Source: Diplonema japonicum (taxonomy: Eukaryota; Protista; Euglenozoa: Diplonemea). Taken from it: 64,000 nt of DNA. Location of the stretch: the NCBI GenBank assembly GCA_964019335.1, contig OZ025696.1:1-64000 (forward strand). Reading direction: 5' to 3'. Position numbers and translations under genes: made by a program. Shown here piece by piece: positions 32,779-42,237 of the stretch (its first letter is position 1; every line of letters begins with the position of its first letter). The notes beneath the pieces were generated by a model, which saw only the letters and a list, made by a program, of their open reading frames with translations, searched no databases and was not told the origin of the DNA.

Positions 32779-34482
32779 CTACGCGTCCATTGCGCGGATC
32801 TTTTTAGCACCTATGTCGCCAACCATCATAGTAGGAGCATTCGTGTTGCCCCCGATCAGAGTCGGATAGATAGAAGCGTCCACGACGGAGAGGTTCTGCA
32901 GGCCGTGCACAGAGAGGTTCGAGTCAACAACTGCCTCATCGTCGTTGCCCATCTTGCAGGTCCCCACAGGGTGGTACAGGGTTTCGACCTTTTCTGTCAC
33001 GTACTCCCTCAGCCGTGCTTCATCTGCAGCGATCGCACGCATATCACAGTCGCTCTTCCTAATATGGTCAAACGTGCTGGATGTCGTCATCTTAACAGCA
33101 GCACGGACCCCTTCCATCATCACCTGCATGTCCTCCTCTTCTTTCAGGAAGTTCATACGTATCCTCGGTGCCTCTGTAGGGTCCTTCGAGTACAGCTTTG
33201 TGTACCCCTCCGACTTCGGGTACAACAAGCACGACTTCATGTTCCACCCTGGTATCTTCATGGGCGTCCTGCCGTGGCTGGAGCTCAGAAGTGGGACGAA
33301 GTGGCCCTGTATGTCGGGTTTCCCATCTCCCTTCGTGCTGTAGAAATACCCCGTCTCGCACGCGATCTTCGAGAACACAGATGTCTTCCAGTCTCCCATC
33401 CTCCACTGAAGGTATTGCTTTAAGGTGTTCGGCAGCCTGCTAGGGAGTGAGGTCCCATCAGGTACACCCTTTGTCACATCGATTTCCTGCGGCACTGCGA
33501 CGTCGGGATGATCCAGCAAGTGCGCGCCCACTCCGGGTAAGTGGTGTTTCACCTCTATGTCGTGTTCTGAGAGGTCCGCTTTGGAGCCGATACCTGAGAG
33601 CTGAAGGATCTGCGGAGTCTGCAGAGCGCCTGCCGACAAGATGACACGCCTGTTTGCAGTGATGGTGCCCGTTGTGGAAGTAGCCTTTCCAGACCCTGTC
33701 ACCCGGTACCAGTCCACACCCGTTGCTGTCTTGTTGTCTAGGTTCACCTTGGCCACCTGTGTGTTCGTCAAGACGGTGAGGTTCTTGCGTGTCTCGCGCA
33801 CTGGCTTCACAAAGGCACGCGCTGCGCTGAACCTCTTCCCCTCGAAACTTGTGCGTTGATAAGTGAAGTACCCCTCCGTGTCACCGGAGTTGTAATCAGG
33901 GTTAGCCTTCAGACCAAGCTCATTGCCGGATGCTTCAAAGAACATTCTCTCCAGCTCTGTGAAGGGGTTGAAGACCGATTGCTCTTCGACAACCAGCTCG
34001 CCGCTGCTGCCGTGCGCAGGCAGCACGCCAGATGACAAGCTGGGGATGAACTTCTCGAAGCTCTTAAAAGATTCCAGGCACTCTTCCCAAGACCACCCTT
34101 CGTTCCCGAGTGCGGCCCAGTTATCGTAGTCATCCTTATGCCCCCTCGCGTACAGCAAGGCGTTGATGCACGACGAGCCTCCCAGGCATCGACCCCTTGG
34201 CTGGTATGGTCGTTTCCCGTTCTCTTCCTCTGCTTCGAAGCCCCAGTTCAGCTTGTCTCGGGTCAGGCGGTACTTCGCATTTTTACCCCATGCGGGTACC
34301 AGAATACCTATGCCGAGGGGCGTGTGGATAGCAGGTGACACGTCCTCAGGGCCGGCCTCCAACAAACACACGGTGACCTCAGGGTCTGCAGATAACCTGT
34401 TTGCGAGTACGCACCCGGCACTCCCACCACCTACAATGACATAGTCATAAGCCTTGCACAGCACTGCTCTAGAGCTTCTCAT
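32779..34482 (-). CDS. GMC oxidoreductase (choline/alcohol dehydrogenase-like)
   Basis: YDYVIVGGGSAGCVLANRLS, GRCLGGSSCIN, YHPVGTCKMG, GNTNAPT; likely start at 34482. Confidence 0.95.
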   Translation of the reverse strand: MRSSRAVLCKAYDYVIVGGGSAGCVLANRLSADPEVTVCLLEAGPEDVSPAIHTPLGIGILVPAWGKNAKYRLTRDKLNWGFEAEEENGKRPYQPRGRCLGGSSCINALLYARGHKDDYDNWAALGNEGWSWEECLESFKSFEKFIPSLSSGVLPAHGSSGELVVEEQSVFNPFTELERMFFEASGNELGLKANPDYNSGDTEGYFTYQRTSFEGKRFSAARAFVKPVRETRKNLTVLTNTQVAKVNLDNKTATGVDWYRVTGSGKATSTTGTITANRRVILSAGALQTPQILQLSGIGSKADLSEHDIEVKHHLPGVGAHLLDHPDVAVPQEIDVTKGVPDGTSLPSRLPNTLKQYLQWRMGDWKTSVFSKIACETGYFYSTKGDGKPDIQGHFVPLLSSSHGRTPMKIPGWNMKSCLLYPKSEGYTKLYSKDPTEAPRIRMNFLKEEEDMQVMMEGVRAAVKMTTSSTFDHIRKSDCDMRAIAADEARLREYVTEKVETLYHPVGTCKMGNDDEAVVDSNLSVHGLQNLSVVDASIYPTLIGGNTNAPTMMVGDIGAKKIRAMDA

Positions 34483-34749
34483 GTTGCTTAAGTACGTAGC
34501 TTCCTGAGGTGAAACTTTCAACTAAGAATTATAGCAAGAATTATATTGATGTGAAACTATAACAGCCCATTAAAAACAAAGGGCTTTAACCATCAGTGCC
34601 GAAAAGAAAAAGGTACTAAAAAACTATGCATATCTGGATACGACATTAGGCACAGTCGGCTCCAAGTGTACCATAAAGTACATGGGGCGGGGTGGGTGTT
34701 TAAAAACAAATGACACATTGGAGTGAGCTTCTAACCTGTGCGGTGAAAG

Positions 34750-34890
34750 TGACAGCCGCTTGGTAGTGCAATAGCGATGACAGCCGCCATGGTTTCTATG
34801 CCGAGCACCCTGGCACAGACCTTCCTGATGACTCGCCAAGGGAAGGTGTCGTTACGCACCTAGACCCGGCCAAAGGTCTTGCTGCCCTAT
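34750..34890. repeat. Dispersed hairpin repeat, copy 2 (internally deleted)
   Basis: Shares GCAATAGC.GATGACA, CCCTGGCACAGACCTTCCTGA and AAGGGAAGGTGTCGTT.CGCACC with copy 1. Confidence 0.75.
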
Positions 34891-34935
34891 TTAAAATAAA
34901 ATAAAAGATAGCTGTAAAGCTATCGAAAAGAAAAT

Positions 34936-36621
34936 TCACAGGTCGAGCCCTTCGATGGGCATTGAGCTTAGCAGGGCTTCTCGATGTTCAATTGTCAAGA
35001 GGCCAAGGTCAGTCGACCGGCTGAGGGTATCTGTCAGGCTAGCACCCTTAAGGAGGCGGAGGCCCGCAGCATTGTAGGTAGCCCAATCGTTGGTAGAAGA
35101 AGCGGTGCTGATCCCATACATCCATTCGCTGTCGTCGGCCTCTGGACATGCGTCGATGTTCAGGAGTTCGTAAGTGTAGATTGTGGAGTTCTTCTTCTTT
35201 AGTATCTTGAGGACCAGTTTGAAATCGTACATGTATTGTGTTTCCATGTAGATGCTTTTGTTGACAAGTATCTTGTGGGATGCCTTCGCACAGTACCTTT
35301 CAATGCCAGTTGCGATGCACATGTTCTCGCTGACAATGCTGTACTGCTTCGCATCCGGACTCCCCAGGTCCCCCGCCAGCAGCGATCCTGACACCACCGC
35401 TACGGAGAGGCACTCGTTCAGACCCACCGCCCAGCGTTGCACAGCCACTGCAGCGTTGACACTCGCCTTGCAATATGCCAAGCAGCGCTGCGACACATTG
35501 AAGGAGCAGAGCAAATGATCGCCGAAAATAAGATGCAACACCCCACGGAATTGTTCAACCTTTCCGAGCACGTTCGTGGTGTACAGGCTGTGCCGCTCTT
35601 GCAAGTTCTTACCGTTGCTCTCCGTGTGTGTTCCCTTCATGTTCGTCACGATGACCGCTCCCCTCTTCTGTTCCACGACGTGGCTCACGGAATAGCACGG
35701 CTCCTTCCGACGGGTCTTGTTCTTCCCGCTGAGACTCTCCATCTCGAGAACCTCGTCGACGCTATCCTCTTGATCGCTCTCCTCTGCAGGCAGGCATGCC
35801 CTCGGTAGATAGGGCTTGAAAACCTTAAGGTTATGCAGCAACTGCAACAGCGCACATCGTGTCTCCTGGGGGAGAGAAGGGATCTCCAAGAGACATTGCT
35901 CGGCGGTCTGAAGATCGAAACTCTCCAGATGCGTTGCCACCACGTTCACGCCTTCCACGGAAACTTCCATCAAACGCTTCTCGTCAAAGATCTCGACAGC
36001 AAAACTGCGCGTGAAGTAGTAATCGACGAGCAACACAACAGCTTTAAAGAGCATGTTTATAATAGAATCGTTGGCGTCCCTTGAGCAAGGCGGAGTGCTG
36101 CAAGTGAGGGGCAAACGCTCAGTCAGTGAAGACGTCCCCGCCACATCGTATAGTCCCATCCTGTAATGGTCCTCGAAACCTGTAATCACGACCCACATGG
36201 CGCAGGCCATCATGAGGTACATATCCAGACGGTACTCCCCCCTGCAGACGAGGAGGACATCGATCATGATGATGAAGACGGGCCATTGTCGGCTGCTGAG
36301 TGGACCACGCGACGCTTGCCACCAGTCCTGAAGGAAGAGCCCAACAGAGAAGACAATGCTTGTGGTGTACACAAAGTTGTTTGAAGCAGAACGCGTCGTC
36401 AGCACCCACAGCACGGAAAGAATGGCTGTTATAAAGTTCGAAAGCGCCCCCACGAGATGCATCGACATCTCCTGTAGCTGTACGTCTGTGAAGAGTGTGG
36501 TTCCAAAGGTCACGCATGATGCACCACATGTGAGCACAACGATGCGCTTCTTCCTTACCGTTGCCAACGTGTCGCCTGACTGCTTCAGATATTCGTCAAC
36601 TGCTTTCACAAGGCGCCTCAT
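34936..36621 (-). CDS. Multi-TM class III nucleotide cyclase-like protein (degenerate)
   Basis: WPVFIIMID, YDVAG..C.TPPC, NLKVFKPYLP, FGDHL, GDLG, EWMYG. Confidence 0.8.
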   Translation of the reverse strand: MRRLVKAVDEYLKQSGDTLATVRKKRIVVLTCGASCVTFGTTLFTDVQLQEMSMHLVGALSNFITAILSVLWVLTTRSASNNFVYTTSIVFSVGLFLQDWWQASRGPLSSRQWPVFIIMIDVLLVCRGEYRLDMYLMMACAMWVVITGFEDHYRMGLYDVAGTSSLTERLPLTCSTPPCSRDANDSIINMLFKAVVLLVDYYFTRSFAVEIFDEKRLMEVSVEGVNVVATHLESFDLQTAEQCLLEIPSLPQETRCALLQLLHNLKVFKPYLPRACLPAEESDQEDSVDEVLEMESLSGKNKTRRKEPCYSVSHVVEQKRGAVIVTNMKGTHTESNGKNLQERHSLYTTNVLGKVEQFRGVLHLIFGDHLLCSFNVSQRCLAYCKASVNAAVAVQRWAVGLNECLSVAVVSGSLLAGDLGSPDAKQYSIVSENMCIATGIERYCAKASHKILVNKSIYMETQYMYDFKLVLKILKKKNSTIYTYELLNIDACPEADDSEWMYGISTASSTNDWATYNAAGLRLLKGASLTDTLSRSTDLGLLTIEHREALLSSMPIEGLDL

Positions 36622-37115
36622 GTTCACCTGTTTGGTATAGGTGGAAAGAAGATATGGTAAAAATAGAAAAAAAACGTGGGGGGGGGAATAGCTATTTATC
36701 CATAGCTGATAATGAATTCTTTTTGGGGTTTGAATCGGGATATCTGGTGGCTTTTTCGAGCAGCTTCTTCTCTAACGTCTGTTGCTTCCCTTTGCCATCT
36801 CCACATTGTGCCGCTGGAATCGTGCCTCTGGGACACTATGAGCGCCTTCTTGAATTCTTGGCGATCGCATTGCCTTCCAGCACTTTTAAATTGTGTAAAT
36901 TCGCCATCTTTACTCTGGAGAATGGTATTTCTTTCTCTGTTTTAGAAAAAAATAAAAAAAAAAGACGAAAAAGGGGGTATTTTTTTAATTTTCTTTCCTC
37001 TTTTTTTTTTTTTTTTTTTGTGTTTTTGTTCTTTTTCAAGAGTGAAAAGCCATAGAAGAAACAAAGAAGGAAAAAAATTCGATCTTTTAACGTCAAGGTA
37101 ACCACCATAAGCTTA

Positions 37116-37258
37116 TCTGTGCCTGGGTGACAGTTGCTCTGTTGCTGTTGGTAGTGGAATAGCTGATGACAGCCGGAAGGTTAGCTTATACCGTCGTGTA
37201 TATCTGCCGAGCCCCAGTCACCAGGCACAGACTTCCTTGAAATGACTCGCTTAAGGAG
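37116..37258. repeat. Dispersed hairpin repeat, copy 3
   Basis: TCTGTGCCTGGGTGACAGTTGCTC...GAGCCCCAGTCACCAGGCACAGA. Confidence 0.8.
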
Positions 37259-38397
37259 AGGAGAAGACACGCTTTTTTGAGCCCAAGACTCGTTCTTGCA
37301 AAAAGATTCATTTTGGCACGAATAAGGGCTGGTTTCTATTCTTTTTTACTCACCTTCAAGTTTTCCTTTTTTTTTCACTTCACTCAGTAACCGTAATAGG
37401 AAAACAAAAAAAAATTCAGTGCCCCCACCAATCTGACAGCCTAAAAGAAAAATCTGTGGTTTTTTTCGAGTGAAGGAAGTTAAAGAGATGTATGAAACTT
37501 CCTTTCGTAGAAAGAAGAAGGAGATAAAAAAAAAAACATTTCCCCTAATCTCGGTTAGGGGGTCAGCTCTTTTCGGTGAAAAAACTCGAAGGGCAGTTTT
37601 GCATACTGGGGTATCACCTCCCTTAGGCTGATGTTGACCCCCAAAACTAAAGAAACCCATCTTATCGTAACTACTGCGCAAAGCAATGGAGGTGAATTAA
37701 AAAGACAACCTAATTGATATAAAAAAAACCCCAAAAAGAAAGACGCGGCCCATCATTAAGGATGGTAAAAAGAAAAGGACGAAACAAATAGTTGTTTGAA
37801 GAAGAAAAAAAAGGAGAATTCTTAAAAAAAAAACGGGGGGGAAAAAATAAAGAACCCCCCCCCCCCCCCCCCCCCCTCCCACATATTGTCAAATAGTTAG
37901 TTCGATGACTATCTTACACTGCCCTAAAGGAAAATAATCAATAACCTAATACCATGTTTTTGACAAAAAGAATATGGGGACGTAAGAAAAAAACATTTTA
38001 AAATAAAAAAAAGACAGCGTTCTTCCACCATGAGTAGGCATATTGGTCTGGATCTGGATGCACCACGTGGGAGTCGGCGGGCTTAAGAGCTGCTTGCCCC
38101 ATCTAAGCGTGCACACAGCTACTAGGAGGGTGACGCTACTCATCTGTACCACCACTACACTACGCAGCTTGCCTACGCAGCTTGCCTACGCAGCATTCGG
38201 CAGCGCTGAACAGAGCGGCTGTCGGACTGCTGTAGAAGTCCATCCCTTGTGGTGGTTGGGAACCATCTTTCAAACCCCCACGACCCCCAAATAAAAAAAA
38301 CAAATGTGAGCTGAGATTGTTCTTCGTAGGACCCCCGTTTTCCCCTTCTTTCCTTTTGCCAATTGTTTCGGCCAAGCAGGTCTCTGGTTTTGAGATT

Positions 38398-39366
38398 CAT
38401 AGTATCCAGGGTTAACCGATCACCCGCGGGTTTTTAATTACAATCGGGTTTTAAATTGACGTCAAATGAAAGGCGAGCATGCAACCATGCTTAAAACCCT
38501 TATATTCGTATCCCGGGGCCCCCAGATACACAAAGCCGACCCCAGGGAGTATCAAAACGACATGCACGCACACAGCGATGAACGCCCAATTTCTTACCTC
38601 CCTGCTTGCAACCCGGCGTGCCTGAGAACGTGGTGCCTGTCAGACGAAGACAGAGCACCGCTGATGTCCTGGTTCAGGTACAAGAACAACAGCTGCCTTC
38701 GTACGTCTGGTGTGAGGCGGACGCGACGCATCTCTCCGAACTTGGCGTCGATCGAGGAGAACACCGCGTCCACGGCTGTTACCACAGGCTGCGTGTACAG
38801 CAGCGACAAGGCCCTGGCATGGAAAACAGGGAGAGCAGCTTTCTGAGCCAGCCACCACGCTTCGATATCGAATGAGGTCGTCTCAAGGCTGTGGTCCATT
38901 TGGGCTATGGCCGAGTAGGACAGCCATTCCCCCTCAGACACGTCTTTCAGAGGTAGGCTGTCGCGTACCGTTGCGAAGCCGCGCTAGAAAAACTAGTTGA
39001 TGGCAGCGTAATGAGCTATTTTATTAGGTAAAATTCCGCTCGTGCGCATAAACAGACCCTGACCCGGTATATAATAACAAGTCTGAAAACCAGTTTTTTC
39101 AAAACTGCATTTAAAGCCTTAAATAAGGCTCTATTTTGGGTTTTGATAGCTGGAATGGGCTCAGATCGTCAAAATAGGGTTTCTGAAAAAAAAAAAAAAA
39201 TGAGCATGGCCTTGGTATTTTTTGCCAGAAATATGAGTTTTGGATCGATCAAACCGATCCGAAATTAAAAAAAAACCGATCATTAACCCGACAGTGATCG
39301 AAAATCTAAAATTGCTCGGGTCGGGTTTTAAAACCCGAAGGTGATCGGTTAACCCTGGATACTATG
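38398..39366 (-). mobile_element. Non-autonomous hAT DNA transposon with 27-bp TIRs
   Basis: CATAGTATCCAGGGTTAACCGATCACC (38398-38424) is perfectly inverted at 39340-39366; subterminal CCGATC repeats; internal hAT dimerisation-domain fragment. No clean 8-bp TSD seen. Confidence 0.88.
38594..38941 (-). pseudogene. hAT transposase C-terminal dimerisation domain fragment
   Basis: AWWLAQKAALPVFHARALSLLYTQP...VFS...RRVRLT...LLFLYLN pattern. Confidence 0.8.
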
Positions 39367-40328
39367 AAAGATTTATTCAAAAAAAAAAAGAAAAAAGATT
39401 TAAGATAAAAATTGCTGTTGTTCAGTGTGCGGATGCGGATGAAGAAAGGGAAAAAAAGAAGAAGGGAGGGGGGGGGGGGGGGGGGGGGAACGAGGAACAG
39501 GGAGATTTCTCTTCTGCCAAAAAAAAATAGAAAGACTTCGATAAAAAGACTTCTTCCACCCACAGTGGGTTGTGTTCAGTGCCTAGTACCTGACTGCTGT
39601 TACTACCTGCTGATATATACTAAGAGGAAATAAAGGGAGAACGAACACCTCCCTCCAGCAAGGCATAACAGGGTCGGGGCAAGGGGAACCGAAAATGACA
39701 CTTCTTCCACTTCCTTCTTCTTGGGTATTGCTTCCCCTCTTTTTTTCTTCCTTTTCTTTTCTTATACTTCTGTTGTTCTTCTTGCTTCACCAAACCCTAT
39801 CTTTCTTTTAAAAAAACCCCCCCTCAGATGCACCACAATATACTTTTTCCTTCTTCTCGTTTTCTAAAAAAGATGGATGCTAAACACTCTGCCCAGATCG
39901 ATAGCACCCCTGCCCGTGAAAGCAAAGCCTTGAGCTTGCTGGCACGAAAGCAGAAAAACTGTGGAATTCTGAAAAAAAAAACCCCCGAGATCAGGGTTTC
40001 TTTCTCTTTTTCCCCTCCTCGTTTTTCCCCTCCAAAAAAAAAAAAGAATCGGTGTTTTTTTAGTTCTTCGTTTCGTTTCTTTTTATTTCTTTTTTTCTTT
40101 TTCTGTTCACGATCTGCGCCCTTCTCCAAGTTCCCTGCATTTCAGATTCTAGGCAGCAAAAAGAAGAAGAAAGCCGGTTTTTAGCACTGTTTCGTGCACA
40201 CGGGGGTTTAAGTACTCTATTCTTTCTTTTTTTTTTTTGCTTCCAAGAAAACGAGCAGTACTTGCTAAATTCAGGATAATTCAGATCACACCTAGCGCCA
40301 CAGATTACCACATTGTTCCCGATTGTTC

Positions 40329-42125
40329 TTACGACCTTCGCATGCTTTCAACAGCCACCTGGTAGATCGGCCAGGTGGGCTCATTCTTAGGAGAGAGCTC
40401 TTTGGTTTTGAGATTCCTCCCGGGGTGCACGCTCTTCACGAAGTTCATCTGCTCAGTAATGGACTCTATGTTGAAGTACAACGCATCATCGATGCGGTTG
40501 TTGAAAACCTCGTTGCAAATGCTGCCCGTGGCGAAGAGGATGCCTTGAGCATGAGGTGCTTCCAAGCCCCTTAGGTGGTTGTACGCAATGATGTTCCCCA
40601 TGGAGGGCGAATAGTTTAGGTCCTGAGCGCCAAGATCATCGCTTTCATCTGCCATCAGCAGCATCGCGGGGAAGTTGAAAGCCCTGCTATACCTTGCAGC
40701 CATGTTGTTCGACTCGAAGACGTTGTCCACAACAATGTTGTAGAAGCTTGTACGCACCGTCTTGAGCCCGCTCCCGTAGTTCATAGTAAATTCGTTCCGC
40801 ACGATAATGTTGTACACCCCATTGTCAATCGACACACCAGGAAGCTTGAAGATCGTCAGCCCGTCCGACCCCGTCCTGTTGTCCGGTACCTCCTGCTTCA
40901 GAACATGTGGTGCCTGATTGCCTCTTCGACCGCAGTTGCGTACTATATTTCTATACAGGACATTTGATGTGCTCCCTCCGTCAATGCAGAGCCCTTCCTT
41001 TTCCGAGGAGTCTATCTCGTTCCCAATCAATGCGTTTCCCACACACCCGTCCAAGTAGACACCCTGAGCACGGCTTCTCAATATCTTGTTTCTCAAGAGA
41101 ACGTTGCCATGTGGGTACCGCCGCCGTTTTAAAAGGGAGTAGTCTGGGTCGTGGTGAAGGTGCCGCGACAGGAGGAAGGACACACCTGTCAAGATGTCGA
41201 TGTCGCGGTAGGTAAGCACGATCCCCGCATGCCAGTTCGCGATGCCTGTCCCGCCCACCACACGATTCTCCTGCAGCAAGGACCCTGAAACATTCCCATG
41301 CACAATAATTCCCCCGGCTCCTGAGTCCTCCACAGTGTTATTGACAATCCATAGCCCTGATGAATCGGACAAGGTCATGCCTGCTTGTGGGGAGTTCACC
41401 AGCGTGGACCTCCTCACTGTCACGTTGTGCGACCTGTGCACTAAAAGGTGTCCTGCCTTGAAGTCGCCGTCTTGTTGGTAGAAACCGACTGGTGGTTGTT
41501 CCGCATAGCGCAGCCGCATGTTCAGCAGTACTATGTTCACAGAGTTCTCGACGCGCAGCATGTACCGCTGTGTGGTCACTATGTCCATCACAACCTCCGC
41601 TCCACGGAAGTCTACCACAAGGTTCTTTGTGTTGTTGATCAGCAGCGGTGTGTTTCCCACGATAGGGGGCCCAGGTGGTACTGTCACTTCTCGCCCTGAC
41701 TCGATGTACCTCTGTAAGTCGGAAAACGTGTGAATCCCCATCGCGGTGACCCGTCTTTCTGGCACACCTGTCTTTAGCCGCCTCGTGAATGCCATCTCCA
41801 TTTCGTGCGTCCGAACAAAGACCTCTGCCCCTGTTTCGATAGTGGCCTTCAGGTTCGCGGCCCCCTGATACACCTGCGTCGGCCGTACCAACCTCTTTAT
41901 CTCTGTCGCGCACCTTTCCTCCGGATGTGTTAGATTCCTGATGGGCGGAAGACGATATTTACCAAGGAGGACCTGCATTGCTGTCCGTCCAGTACTCCGC
42001 TCCACGACCTTTTGAACTGGCGCCACCTGCGCCACGGAGCCTGTCATATGGGGCAACAGCACATACACATAATCTAGAAGTATGAAGAGAAAAATGCTAG
42101 TAGTGATGTTGCGCAATTTAGACAT
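40329..42125 (-). CDS. Membrane-anchored right-handed beta-helix protein, paralogue B
   Basis: Collinear with 15034..16797 and identical over long stretches. Confidence 0.85.
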   Translation of the reverse strand: MSKLRNITTSIFLFILLDYVYVLLPHMTGSVAQVAPVQKVVERSTGRTAMQVLLGKYRLPPIRNLTHPEERCATEIKRLVRPTQVYQGAANLKATIETGAEVFVRTHEMEMAFTRRLKTGVPERRVTAMGIHTFSDLQRYIESGREVTVPPGPPIVGNTPLLINNTKNLVVDFRGAEVVMDIVTTQRYMLRVENSVNIVLLNMRLRYAEQPPVGFYQQDGDFKAGHLLVHRSHNVTVRRSTLVNSPQAGMTLSDSSGLWIVNNTVEDSGAGGIIVHGNVSGSLLQENRVVGGTGIANWHAGIVLTYRDIDILTGVSFLLSRHLHHDPDYSLLKRRRYPHGNVLLRNKILRSRAQGVYLDGCVGNALIGNEIDSSEKEGLCIDGGSTSNVLYRNIVRNCGRRGNQAPHVLKQEVPDNRTGSDGLTIFKLPGVSIDNGVYNIIVRNEFTMNYGSGLKTVRTSFYNIVVDNVFESNNMAARYSRAFNFPAMLLMADESDDLGAQDLNYSPSMGNIIAYNHLRGLEAPHAQGILFATGSICNEVFNNRIDDALYFNIESITEQMNFVKSVHPGRNLKTKELSPKNEPTWPIYQVAVESMRRS

Positions 42126-42237
42126 CGCCACTTGCCCCCTACCTGTGCGGTGGTTTGAATGGAATGATGAATAAAAGTTTTGTCAAAAAGCAGAATAGTG
42201 TGAAAATATGCGAGCATGGGGAGTAGGGAGTATGAAA

